From the NCBI GenBank assembly GCA_021323475.1, contig JAJQJM010000002.1:1-58578 (forward strand): a stretch of 58,578 nucleotides of DNA, written 5' to 3'. Position 1 is the first letter of the stretch, and the number at the start of each line of letters is the position of its first letter. The DNA is from Vampirovibrio sp. (GTDB lineage Bacteria; Cyanobacteriota; Vampirovibrionia; Vampirovibrionales; Vampirovibrionaceae). The notes beneath the pieces are model-generated. The model saw only the letters and a list, made by a program, of their open reading frames with translations, made no database searches and was not told the origin of the DNA. This document shows positions 1-9,524 of this stretch, piece after piece. Made by a program: the position numbers and the translations under genes.

Positions 1-35
1 TTAGATTTGAACGGAGTCTTTTAATGTTTCACTAT

Positions 36-51
36 TCAGTTTTCAAGGTAC
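36..51 (-). promoter_or_regulatory. boxA-like leader element of a leftward operon (probably rRNA) that runs off the left edge
   Basis: Minus strand reads GTACCTTGAAAACTGAA. This resembles the (T)CTTTGAAAACT-type boxes I recall from rrn leaders. It lies just downstream of four tandem strong promoters. Confidence 0.35.
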
Positions 52-70
52 GAGGGGCTTTGGGAGTCTT

Positions 71-99
71 ATCCTAGTTCGACCAGTTGAGCTTGTCAA
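71..99 (-). promoter_or_regulatory. sigma70-type promoter, tandem copy 1 (closest to the left edge)
   Basis: Minus strand: TTGACA (99-94), 17-nt spacer, TAGGAT (76-71). An A-tract (AAAAAGAGAG) sits directly upstream of the -35. Confidence 0.6.
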
Positions 100-150
100 C
101 TCTCTTTTTCAGGGGGCTCACCAGGAGGACTTCCGTTTCTTGGGAGTCTT

Positions 151-179
151 ATCCTAGTTCGACCGGCTGAGCTTGTCAA
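151..179 (-). promoter_or_regulatory. sigma70-type promoter, tandem copy 2
   Basis: Minus strand: TTGACA (179-174), 17-nt spacer, TAGGAT (156-151). An A-tract lies upstream. The module is nearly identical to copy 1. Confidence 0.6.
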
Positions 180-253
180 CTCTCTTTTTTTGAAGCGTGA
201 CTTGCTTGAGAAAGGTCTAGTGAGGGGAGGACTTCCGCGTCTTGCGGAGCTTC

Positions 254-282
254 ATCCTATTGCGACCAGAGGAGCTTGTCAA
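254..282 (-). promoter_or_regulatory. sigma70-type promoter, tandem copy 3
   Basis: Minus strand: TTGACA (282-277), 17-nt spacer, TAGGAT (259-254). An A-tract lies upstream. The flanks have diverged from copies 1 and 2. Confidence 0.5.
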
Positions 283-332
283 CCCTTCTTTTTGGCCTTG
301 CCAGGAATCACTTCGCGACTTGGGGGAGTAAT

Positions 333-361
333 ATCTTATTTCTCCCTTTCGGGTTTGTCAA
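333..361 (-). promoter_or_regulatory. sigma70-type promoter, tandem copy 4 (most distal)
   Basis: Minus strand: TTGACA (361-356), 17-nt spacer, TAAGAT (338-333). Confidence 0.4.
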
Positions 362-425
362 CACTCTAATCCGGAATTTTTATTTCCTGCCCAACGAAGC
401 TTATCAAAGCCTTTTCGACTGCACT

Positions 426-455
426 TTACCAATTTCACCCCTTACTTTATATAGT
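426..455 (+). promoter_or_regulatory. candidate promoter of the efflux operon
   Basis: TTACCA (426-431), 18-nt spacer, TATAGT (450-455). Confidence 0.3.
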
Positions 456-474
456 ATGCCACCCTTAAAAACAC

Positions 475-490
475 GCAAGTACATACTTGC
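475..490. promoter_or_regulatory. perfect palindrome, candidate operator for the operon-encoded TetR repressor
   Basis: GCAAGTA-ca-TACTTGC has 7-bp perfect inverted arms. It sits ~20 nt downstream of the candidate -10 and 75 nt upstream of the first efflux gene. Confidence 0.35.
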
Positions 491-564
491 ATTTGTGAAT
501 TTCATAAGCTAATCTGTCATATACCGACCTATACCGAATGCACTTGAAAAGAAGGCTCTTTTAC

Positions 565-2001
565 ATGAAGGCAGGCATTTACAGACTCATTTCCAGCCTA
601 CTGATTACAATGGCCTGTCTGCCGATACCGGCATCCTTAGCGGCAAGTCCGCCAGAAAAACCCACTGTCCCGACTCTTCCTCAATGGGCTGAACAAAGCG
701 AATCAGCCTCAACGGGCACACCACTCAGACTGCAGGCCGAGTTTCCGGATCAGCAATGGTGGAACTTGTTTAACGATGCCTATCTGCCCAGCTACATTAA
801 CGGGGCCATCCAGAACAATCCGTCTTTGAATATTGCAGCGGAACGGGTCATCCAGGCACGCGCCCTGGTGCGGCAAAACGTGGCATTGGAATTGCCTTCT
901 GTAGATGTGAACCCCAGCTATTATCATATCGGCTTGCCTCAGCAGGGTGCGGGAGTCGGCGTTAACCTGCCACGCTCCCTGAATTTTTATTCTCTGCCGT
1001 TGCAAGCCTCCTATGAGCTGGACTTATGGGGACGTAACCTGGATCAAATCCGCTCATCCAAACGACAGATGGAGGCTACGGAATTTCAGAGCAAAACCGT
1101 TTTGACCGGCATTATTAGCGAAGTAGCCTCGGCATACGTCAATCTGCTTCGAGCAGACGCCCTGATTCGCACCCAACAGGAGAATCTGGCTTTGCTGAAC
1201 CGCATTGAAGAGTTGAAGCGCTCCCAGAATCAGGCCGGATTAACATCCTATGACGAAGTGATTCGGGCCGAGCGGGACACAACGGAGGCGGAAAGCCAGC
1301 TTGCCAAGTACCAGCAGCAACAGGCCGTCTTTGCCCATCAGCTTTCCGTGCTGACGGGAACTTCGCCGTCCCCGCAAGCACAGCTTCAGCGCGGCAGCCT
1401 GGAAGAGCTGGCGTTACCGGTGGAAACCCAGGTGGGCATTCCGTCCGAATTATTAGCCCGCCGCCCTGATTTACTGGCGCAGGAGAAACTGCTGGAAAGC
1501 GCCCATCTGGATGTGTCCGTCGCCCGAAAGGCATTTTTGCCCAAAATCAACCTGGGCGCCTTCTTCGTGATGGGCGCATTGGATATTCATAATCTGTTCG
1601 ATTGGGGCAATCTGGTGAACGTACAATCCGCCGTAGTGAACCAGCCCCTCTTTAAAGGCGGCAAACTGAAAGCGGAACTGAAGTACCGGAAATCCAAGCA
1701 AAAAGAGCAACTGGAGAACTATCGGCAGACGATTTTAAATGCTTTCAAGGATGTAGAAGACAGCATTGCCTTATTAAAAGCCGATAGCGCCACGCTGGAA
1801 GCCAACCAGAAACGGCTGCTTCTTACCGAAAAAAACCTGGGGCTGACGCAGAGCCTGGCCCAACAAGGGTTGGTTCCCCGTTTGAATACCCTGCAAAGCC
1901 AAAGCGAAGTCATCCGGTACCGGCAACTCGCCATGCAAAGCAAAGCCGATAAGGCCATCGACACCATCAGTCTCTATAAAGCGCTGGGCGGCGGATTCTA
2001 A
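565..2001 (+). CDS. outer-membrane efflux factor (TolC/OprM/NodT family)
   Basis: The ORF has an N-terminal signal/lipoprotein-like segment (LLITMAC), a two-repeat OEP-like helical sequence, and a C-terminal LYKALGGGF. I placed the start at ATG 565 because AAGAAGG lies 9 nt upstream. The ORF is open from 538. Confidence 0.85.
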   Translation: MKAGIYRLISSLLITMACLPIPASLAASPPEKPTVPTLPQWAEQSESASTGTPLRLQAEFPDQQWWNLFNDAYLPSYINGAIQNNPSLNIAAERVIQARALVRQNVALELPSVDVNPSYYHIGLPQQGAGVGVNLPRSLNFYSLPLQASYELDLWGRNLDQIRSSKRQMEATEFQSKTVLTGIISEVASAYVNLLRADALIRTQQENLALLNRIEELKRSQNQAGLTSYDEVIRAERDTTEAESQLAKYQQQQAVFAHQLSVLTGTSPSPQAQLQRGSLEELALPVETQVGIPSELLARRPDLLAQEKLLESAHLDVSVARKAFLPKINLGAFFVMGALDIHNLFDWGNLVNVQSAVVNQPLFKGGKLKAELKYRKSKQKEQLENYRQTILNAFKDVEDSIALLKADSATLEANQKRLLLTEKNLGLTQSLAQQGLVPRLNTLQSQSEVIRYRQLAMQSKADKAIDTISLYKALGGGF

Positions 2002-2028
2002 AAAGACTTTACAGAAGGAACCCATGTT

Positions 2029-3348
2029 ATGACGGATACAGCACCCCCACCCGAACAAGAAACTTTGAAAAAGGGCAAATCGCCGCGTAGAAAAATGATG
2101 CCGTCCGGCAAGGGATTGTTAATCATCCTGGGTCTTTTTCTGCTGGCAACACTCGGGGGGGTGGCCTGGTGGCTACACAGTTCCCAATTTGAGCAAACCG
2201 ACAACGCGACCATTGAAGGCCATGTTCACCCGGTAAGCGCCAAAGTGGCCGGCAACGTGGTTAAGGTTCTGGTGGATGACAATCAGGCCGTCCAGCAAGG
2301 CCAATTAGTAGCTGTCATCGACCCCAGGGATTATCAAATTGCGCTCAGCGAGGCGGAGCATAACCTGGCAAACGCCAAAGCCCAAGCCAAAACCGCCTAT
2401 CAAAATATAGAGGTTTCCCGCAAGCAGGCCGCTTCCCAAATTACCCAGGCCAAAGGGGGTATTACCGCATCCCAAAGTAGCATTACTCAGGCGCGGCAAA
2501 CCGTGGCGGAAGCAAACGCCGCCGTGGAGCAGGCCCGGCAGATGGTGCAGGAACAGGAAACCAGCTACCAAAAAGCCTTGTCCGATTACAACCGCTACCG
2601 CAACGTGGATCCGGAAGCCATTTCCGCCCAGCAGTTGGAAACAGCGGCCACCAATGTCAGAAATGCGGAGACGTCCCGCAATGCGGCACAGGCATCGCTG
2701 GCACAGGCGCAGGCCCGCTTAAGGCAGAGCCGTTCCTCGGTTTCCGGCAGCGTGTCCAAGCTCACCCAATCGAAGGGGATAGCTCAGGGGGCGCAAGCGC
2801 AGGCGCTTCAGGTGGATGTGGTGAAATCCCAGTATGAAAGCGCCAAAACCGCCATTGCCGTTGCAGAGGATGCCGTCCGGCAAGCCAAGCTGAACCTGAG
2901 CTACACCCGCATCGTCGCACCTGCCTCCGGGCGTATTGGCAGAAAAATGCTGGAAATCGGCCAGCGGGTACAGCCGGGTGAGCCGCTGATGTCGGTAGTC
3001 AGCCCGCAAATCTGGATTGTGGCCAATTACAAGGAAACCCAACTGGAACGCATGCGCCCCGGTCAGCCGGTAGAAGTGCATGTGGACGCATTCCCCAGCC
3101 ACCGGTTTACCGGCCGGTTGGATAGTTTCTCCCCGGCGTCCGGTGCTCAGTTCGCCCTGCTCCCGCCGGAAAACGCGACCGGCAACTTCACCAAAATCGT
3201 GCAGCGCATTCCAGTCAAAATACTACTGGATGCCAAAAGCCTGGACGGTTATGAAGACTTACTGGTGCCCGGTATGTCCACCGTGGTCAGCGTCAAGGTC
3301 AGTGCGCCCGGCAATCGGGGCAAGCAAATAGCCACGCAGCGGCAGTAA
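2029..3348 (+). CDS. HlyD/EmrA-family membrane fusion protein
   Basis: The protein has one N-terminal TM helix, a long Ala/Gln-rich coiled coil, and a YTRIVAPASGRIG barrel motif. RBS AGAAGGAA lies upstream. Confidence 0.9.
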   Translation: MTDTAPPPEQETLKKGKSPRRKMMPSGKGLLIILGLFLLATLGGVAWWLHSSQFEQTDNATIEGHVHPVSAKVAGNVVKVLVDDNQAVQQGQLVAVIDPRDYQIALSEAEHNLANAKAQAKTAYQNIEVSRKQAASQITQAKGGITASQSSITQARQTVAEANAAVEQARQMVQEQETSYQKALSDYNRYRNVDPEAISAQQLETAATNVRNAETSRNAAQASLAQAQARLRQSRSSVSGSVSKLTQSKGIAQGAQAQALQVDVVKSQYESAKTAIAVAEDAVRQAKLNLSYTRIVAPASGRIGRKMLEIGQRVQPGEPLMSVVSPQIWIVANYKETQLERMRPGQPVEVHVDAFPSHRFTGRLDSFSPASGAQFALLPPENATGNFTKIVQRIPVKILLDAKSLDGYEDLLVPGMSTVVSVKVSAPGNRGKQIATQRQ

Positions 3349-3360
3349 AGGATATTCATC

Positions 3361-3978
3361 GTGACGCTTTCTGAAACTATGAAATTTGAAAAACCCAAAG
3401 CCAAAGACCGGATCTTAGACGCCGCCGCCAAAGTATTTGCGGAACAAGGCATCAAAGGAGCCACCACGCGGGAAATCGCCAAGCTGGCGGACGTGAATGA
3501 AACCACCCTCTTCCGGAATTTCCAAAGCAAGGAGCTATTGCTGAAAGCCGTAGTGGAAAAGGCTTCCGCAGAAATCACCGAAGCCTTGGTAGGCCCCGGC
3601 ATGAGCAACCACAACTTGCACAAGGATCTGCTGTATTACGCAGAGGCTTACAGCAAGGTGCTGGCAAAAAATGAGCCGATGGTGCGCATGTTTATCGGGG
3701 AAGCTTACCGGCAGAAAGAAGAAGCCAGCCTGATTGCCGTCAGTGCCTGGAAGCCGGTACGGGATAAGTTGATCGCCTATCTGGAAGACGCGAAGGCCAA
3801 CGGGCAGGTTCGGTCGGATTTGGACACGATCCAAGCCATTGATATGCTGAAAGGGATTCTGTTGGCGCATATGTTGCGCAAAGGACACGGCACCATTGAA
3901 TATTCCACCGACAGCTACCTGCAGACGGTGTTGGAAATTTTCATTCGGGGCATTGTCCCGCCACCCGCAACCCGTTAA
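3361..3978 (+). CDS. TetR/AcrR-family transcriptional regulator
   Basis: The N-terminal HTH reads ILDAAAKVFAEQGIKGATTREIAKLADVNETTLFRNFQSK. The start is GTG with AAAGGA upstream. Confidence 0.9.
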   Translation: MTLSETMKFEKPKAKDRILDAAAKVFAEQGIKGATTREIAKLADVNETTLFRNFQSKELLLKAVVEKASAEITEALVGPGMSNHNLHKDLLYYAEAYSKVLAKNEPMVRMFIGEAYRQKEEASLIAVSAWKPVRDKLIAYLEDAKANGQVRSDLDTIQAIDMLKGILLAHMLRKGHGTIEYSTDSYLQTVLEIFIRGIVPPPATR

Positions 3979-3992
3979 GGAAGGTCCCGTTC

Positions 3993-5582
3993 ATGGAAGC
4001 CACTAATCCAGCCTTGACCGATGACCTGACAGACGCCCCCAAACCCGGCTGGTGGAAATGGACTGTGGCCTTAACCGCATCCCTGGGCGCCATTCTGGAA
4101 GTCATTGATACCAGCATCGTCAACGTGGCGCTACCAGAAATGCAGGGAAATTTGGGCGCGACGCTATCCGAAATCGGTTGGGTCGTCACCGGTTACGCGG
4201 TGGCCAACGTGGTAATGATTCCGCTCAGCGCCTGGCTGGGCGATTACTTCGGCAAAAAAGCCTATTTCATTTTTTGCCTGATTGGATTTACCCTGGCATC
4301 CGTTTTTTGCGGATTCGCCAACAGCTTGCCCATGCTGATTTTCGCCAGAGTCTTGCAAGGGCTGGCGGGCGGCGGCTTGCTGGCCAAGGCCCAGGCCATT
4401 CTGTTTGAAACCTTTCCCCGTGAGGAGCAAGGCCTTGCACAAGGCGTATTCGGCTTGGGCGTTATGATTGGCCCAGCGCTTGGCCCGACTCTGGGCGGTT
4501 TTTTGACAGACACGATGGGCTGGCGCTCCATCTTTTTCATCAATATTCCCTTCGGTATTCTGGCGGTGATCATGGCCGCCATTTTCTTTTTGCCGGATCG
4601 GTTTAATGAGGCCATGAACCGCAAAGTGGACTGGCTGGGCATTGGGCTACTGACCCTCGGGTTAGCCTGTTTTCAAACCATGCTGGAAGAAGGGCAGCGG
4701 GAAGACTGGTTCGATTCTCCGTTTATCATCCTCATGGGCATACTCAGCCTTGTGGGAATCGTTCTGTTCATCTGGCGGGAATTGAGCATCGATTACCCGG
4801 CGGTCAACTTGCGAGTGCTGCGTTATAAATCCCTGGCGGCCGGCAGCGCGTTTTCCATGGTGTTGGGGATGGGCCTGTATGGCGCGCTATTTGTTATTCC
4901 CGTATTTGCTCAAAATATTTTGCATTACACGGCTACTCAAACCGGCATGTTGATGCTGCCCAGCGCCATTGCGTCCGCCCTGTTCATGATGCAGGGAAGC
5001 CAGCTCAGCCGGTGGTTCGATCCCCGCCTGATTATCGCTATCGGGGCTATTATTTTGTCGCTTACGTTGTTTCATCTGGCAGGTATCAACCCCAACACCG
5101 GGGAGGATAGCCTATACTGGCCGTTAATCTGGCGAGGCATCGGAACCGTGTTGATGTTTTTGCCCTTGACGCTTGCTACCATCGGCCCGATTCCCAAAGA
5201 AGACATTTCAGCAGCCACCGGCTTTTTCAACCTGACCCGGCAAATCGGGGGCAGCATCGGTATTGCGGTACTGACCACTATGCTGGCCCAACGGGAAAAT
5301 TTCCACCGCACCATTTTATCCGAGCATCTCAGTTTATACGACCCAGCCGTCCGAATGCGGCTTGAGGGCATGACGCAGGCCTTTCAGCATCGGGGTTCGG
5401 ATGCCGTGGTCGCCAAAAGTCAGGCGCTGATGACGCTGGATAACATGCTGAACCTGCAATCCACCATTTTATCGTTTGCCGATATTTTCTGGATGGTGGG
5501 CATTGCATTTCTGTTATCGCTGGGACTGCTCTTTTTCCTGGGTAAGGGTAACCCTGCCGCCATGCCTGCGGATACCCATTAA
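3993..5582 (+). CDS. MFS drug:H+ antiporter, DHA2 / EmrB-QacA family (14 TMS)
   Basis: The VIDTSIVNVALPEMQG motif is present, hydrophobicity indicates multiple TM helices, and GGAAGG RBS lies upstream. Confidence 0.9.
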   Translation: MEATNPALTDDLTDAPKPGWWKWTVALTASLGAILEVIDTSIVNVALPEMQGNLGATLSEIGWVVTGYAVANVVMIPLSAWLGDYFGKKAYFIFCLIGFTLASVFCGFANSLPMLIFARVLQGLAGGGLLAKAQAILFETFPREEQGLAQGVFGLGVMIGPALGPTLGGFLTDTMGWRSIFFINIPFGILAVIMAAIFFLPDRFNEAMNRKVDWLGIGLLTLGLACFQTMLEEGQREDWFDSPFIILMGILSLVGIVLFIWRELSIDYPAVNLRVLRYKSLAAGSAFSMVLGMGLYGALFVIPVFAQNILHYTATQTGMLMLPSAIASALFMMQGSQLSRWFDPRLIIAIGAIILSLTLFHLAGINPNTGEDSLYWPLIWRGIGTVLMFLPLTLATIGPIPKEDISAATGFFNLTRQIGGSIGIAVLTTMLAQRENFHRTILSEHLSLYDPAVRMRLEGMTQAFQHRGSDAVVAKSQALMTLDNMLNLQSTILSFADIFWMVGIAFLLSLGLLFFLGKGNPAAMPADTH

Positions 5583-5676
5583 AAAATCGCATTGAAATTA
5601 CCGAAGAAAAAATAAACTGCAGCATGCAAATTCGCGTGACTGCAGTGAGGGGGGAAAAGAATGTGGTTGCGCCAAC

Positions 5677-6978
5677 CTACGGGGTGGCAACAGAATACTG
5701 AAGCGCGGTATACAAATCCTCTTTGAAAACCGGGGATAACGTGGTGTAAAACGAGAGGGGCAATGCTTCCAGCGGGAGTGATTGCTGGATGGCCTGCTGT
5801 ACCGCTTGCCCGGTTATCATATAAGCATCCCGAAACGGTACGCCCTTTTTAACTAGGTAATTTGCCAACTCCGTCGCGTTCAGGTAGCCTTCCTTTACGC
5901 AAGCGGTCATACGAGCCGCATTGGGAGTCAGCGTTTTGATCATGGACGCAAGAGCCTGTAGACAGAGTTTCAGGGTGTCGACCGTATCGAACAGACCTTC
6001 TTTGTCCTCTTGCATGTCTTTATTATACGCAAGCGGCAGCGCTTTCATAAGCGTTAGCGCAGCTAACAAACTTCCATATACCCGACCGGTCTTGCCGCGT
6101 ATCAACTCGGCCAAATCAGGGTTTTTCTTCTGGGGCATCATGCTGCTGCCGGTAGTATAGGCAGCATCCAGCGCCACAAAATTAAATTCCTGGCTGCACC
6201 ACAGCACCAATTCCTCACAAAAACGGCTGAGATGCATCATCACAATCGAAGCCGCGCCGAGAAACTCAAGCACATGATCCCGATCCGACACCGCATCCAG
6301 CGTATTCTGCATCACACCATGAAAGCCAAGTTGCTCGGCCACCATGTTGCGGTCCAGCGGAAAACTGGACCCGGCCAACGCACCGGCCCCCAAAGGGCAT
6401 ACCATCATGCGGCGGCTGCAATCCTGCAATCGCTCTCTATCCCGTTGTAACATGGCATGATAAGCCATCAGGTGCTGACCGAACGTGACCGGCTGTGCGC
6501 GCTGCAAGTGCGTATAGCCCGGCATCAGCGTATCCCCGGCTTGCTCGGCTTTTTCTTCCAACGCTTGCTGAAGATTGAACAATAAATCCTCAATCGTCTG
6601 GATCTCGACTTCCAGATACAACCGCAAATCCGTCGCCACCTGATCGTTCCGGCTACGGCCGGTATGCAGCTTCTTACCCGCCTCTCCGATGCGGCGGGTC
6701 AGCTCCATTTCCACAAAGGTGTGGATATCCTCAACCTCCAGATCAATCGCCAGCTTGCCGCTGTCCAGATCGGTCAAAATCGCTTGCAGACCGACCACCA
6801 TCGCTTCGGATTCCAAAGCGGAAATAATGCCTTGTTTTCCCAGCATGGCGGCATGCGCAATACTGGCCCGAATATCGTATGGATACAGACGCTGATCGAA
6901 CGAAATGGAGCGGTTCAATTGCTCCGTGACCGGGTCTACGTTGCCGTTAAACCGGCCCTGCCATAGTTTGTTGCTCAT
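5677..6978 (-). CDS. argH: argininosuccinate lyase
   Basis: The N-terminus reads LWQGRF and the fumarate-lyase signature GSSMMPQKKNPD is present. The start overlaps the argG stop in a 4-nt ATGA. Confidence 0.95.
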   Translation of the reverse strand: MSNKLWQGRFNGNVDPVTEQLNRSISFDQRLYPYDIRASIAHAAMLGKQGIISALESEAMVVGLQAILTDLDSGKLAIDLEVEDIHTFVEMELTRRIGEAGKKLHTGRSRNDQVATDLRLYLEVEIQTIEDLLFNLQQALEEKAEQAGDTLMPGYTHLQRAQPVTFGQHLMAYHAMLQRDRERLQDCSRRMMVCPLGAGALAGSSFPLDRNMVAEQLGFHGVMQNTLDAVSDRDHVLEFLGAASIVMMHLSRFCEELVLWCSQEFNFVALDAAYTTGSSMMPQKKNPDLAELIRGKTGRVYGSLLAALTLMKALPLAYNKDMQEDKEGLFDTVDTLKLCLQALASMIKTLTPNAARMTACVKEGYLNATELANYLVKKGVPFRDAYMITGQAVQQAIQQSLPLEALPLSFYTTLSPVFKEDLYTALQYSVATP

Positions 6979-8231
6979 ACGGTTGCTCCTGCCAATTCAG
7001 CGGTTTGGCCTGTTTTTTGATGCATGAGGGCCCGCACTTTAGATGGTAACCCGTACAAGGTAATGAACCCTTCCGCATCGCTGTGCCGGTACAGCTCACC
7101 GGTGGTAAAGCTGGCCAGCTCTTGATCGTACAACGAATATGGAGACTGCACCCCGGCGGGAATGATATTGCCCTTATAGAGCATCAGTTTGACCGTACCG
7201 GTTACCGTTTTTTGAGTCGCATCCACAAACGCATCCAGCGCTTCCCGCAACGGCGTAAACCACAGGCCGCCATAGACCAGCTCGGAATATTTAATGGCAA
7301 TTTGCTGTTTCATACTCTTGGTCTGGGCATCCAGGCACAACTGTTCCAGCAAGCCATGCGCCCGGTAGAGCAAGGTTCCGCCCGGCGTTTCATAAACGCC
7401 TCTGGCCTTCAGGCCCACTACCCGGTTTTCCACCATATCCAGAATGCCAATGCCGTGCTTGCCGCCCAGCGTGTTTAATTCAATCAGCAAATCTTCCGGT
7501 GATAAAGCCACTCCATTCACCTGCGTGGGAATGCCCTGCTCAAACGCAATTTCAACCAGTTCGCCTTCAGCAGGTGCTTGTTGCGGCGTTGAAGACAATT
7601 GCAACAGGTGCTCATAATTGGGCGCGTTGGCGGGGTTTTCCAGCTCCAGTCCCTCATGGCTCAGGTGCCACAGGTTTTGATCTCGACTATAACTTTGTTC
7701 TTTTTTAACCGGGTATTCGATGCCTTTACTTTCCAGGTACGCAATCGCATCCTCCCGAGATTGAATACTCCACAACCGCCACGGGGCAATAATCTTGAAG
7801 TCCGGCGCCAACGCCTGAATGGCCAACTCGAACCGCACCTGATCATTCCCTTTACCGGTAGCGCCGTGGCAAATAATAGTGCTGCCTTCCTGCCGGGCAA
7901 TTTCAATCAGTTTTTGGGCAATCAGCGGGCGCGCCATTGCGGTGCCCAACAGGTAATACCCTTCATACACCGCGCCGGCTTTCAGGCACGGGAAAATATA
8001 ATCGCTCACGAACTCCGCCTGGACATCAACCACAAACGCCTTGCTGGCGCCGGAAGCCAAGGCCCGCTCCTTTAAGTAGGTCATATCATCAGGCATGCCG
8101 ACATTCACGCATACGGCAATAATCTCGTACGCATAATTCTCTTTTAGCCACGGGATGATAGTAGTGGTATCCAACCCACCGGAATATGCCAAGACGACTT
8201 TTTCAGGTTGACTGTTTTCAGATTGCTTCAT
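6975..8231 (-). CDS. argG: argininosuccinate synthase
   Basis: The AYSGGLDTT ATP-binding motif is present and AGGAG RBS lies upstream. Confidence 0.95.
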   Translation of the reverse strand: MKQSENSQPEKVVLAYSGGLDTTTIIPWLKENYAYEIIAVCVNVGMPDDMTYLKERALASGASKAFVVDVQAEFVSDYIFPCLKAGAVYEGYYLLGTAMARPLIAQKLIEIARQEGSTIICHGATGKGNDQVRFELAIQALAPDFKIIAPWRLWSIQSREDAIAYLESKGIEYPVKKEQSYSRDQNLWHLSHEGLELENPANAPNYEHLLQLSSTPQQAPAEGELVEIAFEQGIPTQVNGVALSPEDLLIELNTLGGKHGIGILDMVENRVVGLKARGVYETPGGTLLYRAHGLLEQLCLDAQTKSMKQQIAIKYSELVYGGLWFTPLREALDAFVDATQKTVTGTVKLMLYKGNIIPAGVQSPYSLYDQELASFTTGELYRHSDAEGFITLYGLPSKVRALMHQKTGQTAELAGATV

Positions 8232-8270
8232 TTGTAAAACTCCTTCGATTTGATTGAATAAAATTTGAAA

Positions 8271-9524
8271 TTAATTTTCCGACAGCGCCGACTCCAAAAT
8301 AGCAAGGGCTTCATCAATGTGCGCTTCGGTTGCAATCAGGGGCGGCACCAACCGAATCACATTCGGCCCAGCGCCAACCACCAGCAAGCCTTGCGCCATG
8401 CATTTTTCGACAATGGGCGCTACAGGTTGACTGAATTCAATGCCCTGCATGAATTTCATGCCGCGTACATCCACAATTTTTTCCGGATATTTCACTTTGA
8501 GAGCGGTTAGCTTTTGGGACAGATAAGCGCCTTGTTCCATCACATTCAGCAACCCATCCTGCTCTAAAAGCACGTTCAAAACCACCTTCGCCGCGGTGCA
8601 GGCTAACGGGTTTCCGCCGAACGTGGAGGCATGATCCCCCGGATTGAAAGACGGAGCTACTTTCGCGGATGCCATCATCGCACCAATCGGGAAACCGCCA
8701 CCCAGACCTTTTGCCAGCGTGATAATATCCGGCCGGACGCCCGTCCATTCAAAGGCGAACAACTTGCCGGTCCGACCGATGCCGGTCTGTACCTCATCGA
8801 AAATCAACAGAATATCCTGTTCATCGCAAATGGAACGAATCACTTTCAGGTAATCGGGATTCGCCAGCTTAATGCCGCCCTCGCCCTGAATCGGTTCAAT
8901 CACGATCGCGCAAGTTTGCTCGCTGATGGCGGCGTTCAGGGCTTCCAAATTATTGATGGGCACATGCACAATATCCGGCACCAGGGGCGCATAACCCGCA
9001 TGGTACTTGCCTTGCCCGGTGAGGGACATCGCCCCGTAGGTTCTGCCATGAAAACTGTTCTGCATGGCAATCACCTGGGTGCGCTGCTCATTGTAGCGGG
9101 AAACGCTATACTTGCGCGCCAACTTCAGGGCCGCTTCAATCGATTCAGCACCGCTGTTACAAAAGAACACCTGAGCAAAACCGCTGGCCTCAGTCAATGT
9201 TTCGGCCAATTCAATCTGCGGGGTGTTCCAATATAAATTGGAACAATGCATCAATTGGGCACATTGAGTGGCCAACGCCTCGGTTAAAGCCGGGTGCGCA
9301 TGGCCCAAGCTATTAACTGCGATGCCGGATACAAAGTCCAGATAACGTTTGCCCTGGATATCCCATAAGTAGCAGCCTTCGCCCTTTTCCAGCACCACGG
9401 GAAAATGTTGATAAGTGTTCATCACCGCTTGCTGGCCCCGGCTTAGCCAATCGGTTTGCAACGGGCTTTCCAGAATAGTTGTTTGCGCTACAGCCAATCC
9501 CTCCGATACTAACGCTGCGTTCAT
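8271..9524 (-). CDS. argD: acetylornithine aminotransferase (class III PLP)
   Basis: The DEVQTGIGRTGKLFA motif is present. The start overlaps the argB stop by 4 nt. Confidence 0.9.
   Translation of the reverse strand: MNAALVSEGLAVAQTTILESPLQTDWLSRGQQAVMNTYQHFPVVLEKGEGCYLWDIQGKRYLDFVSGIAVNSLGHAHPALTEALATQCAQLMHCSNLYWNTPQIELAETLTEASGFAQVFFCNSGAESIEAALKLARKYSVSRYNEQRTQVIAMQNSFHGRTYGAMSLTGQGKYHAGYAPLVPDIVHVPINNLEALNAAISEQTCAIVIEPIQGEGGIKLANPDYLKVIRSICDEQDILLIFDEVQTGIGRTGKLFAFEWTGVRPDIITLAKGLGGGFPIGAMMASAKVAPSFNPGDHASTFGGNPLACTAAKVVLNVLLEQDGLLNVMEQGAYLSQKLTALKVKYPEKIVDVRGMKFMQGIEFSQPVAPIVEKCMAQGLLVVGAGPNVIRLVPPLIATEAHIDEALAILESALSEN

Larger units (their letters stand above)
55..365 (-). repeat. 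four direct repeats (~50-nt core, 79-103 bp period), each carrying one promoter module
   Basis: The core CTTGGGAGTCTTATCCTAGTTCGACC(A/G)G(T/C)TGAGCTTGTCAACTCTCTTTTT occurs at ~58-110 and ~138-190. Degenerate copies occur at ~241-293 and ~318-366. Confidence 0.7.

Noticed and set aside
55-365. The repeats at the left edge might be a small CRISPR array or a mobile-element terminal repeat.
   Set aside because: The units are ~50 nt with irregular 79-103 bp periods and degenerate progressively. Each contains a -35/17 nt/-10 promoter module. I found no palindromic CRISPR repeat core, no cas genes and no transposase.
276-512. 78-aa ORF on the plus strand.
   Set aside because: It starts on TTG inside the promoter repeat and has no SD. 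Its composition is low-complexity and hydrophobic. It is better explained as non-coding promoter or leader DNA.
5617-5647. Hairpin ACTGCAG..CTGCAGT between convergent emrB-like and argH as a bidirectional terminator.
   Set aside because: The stem is only 7 bp, the loop is large and there is no flanking U/A tract.
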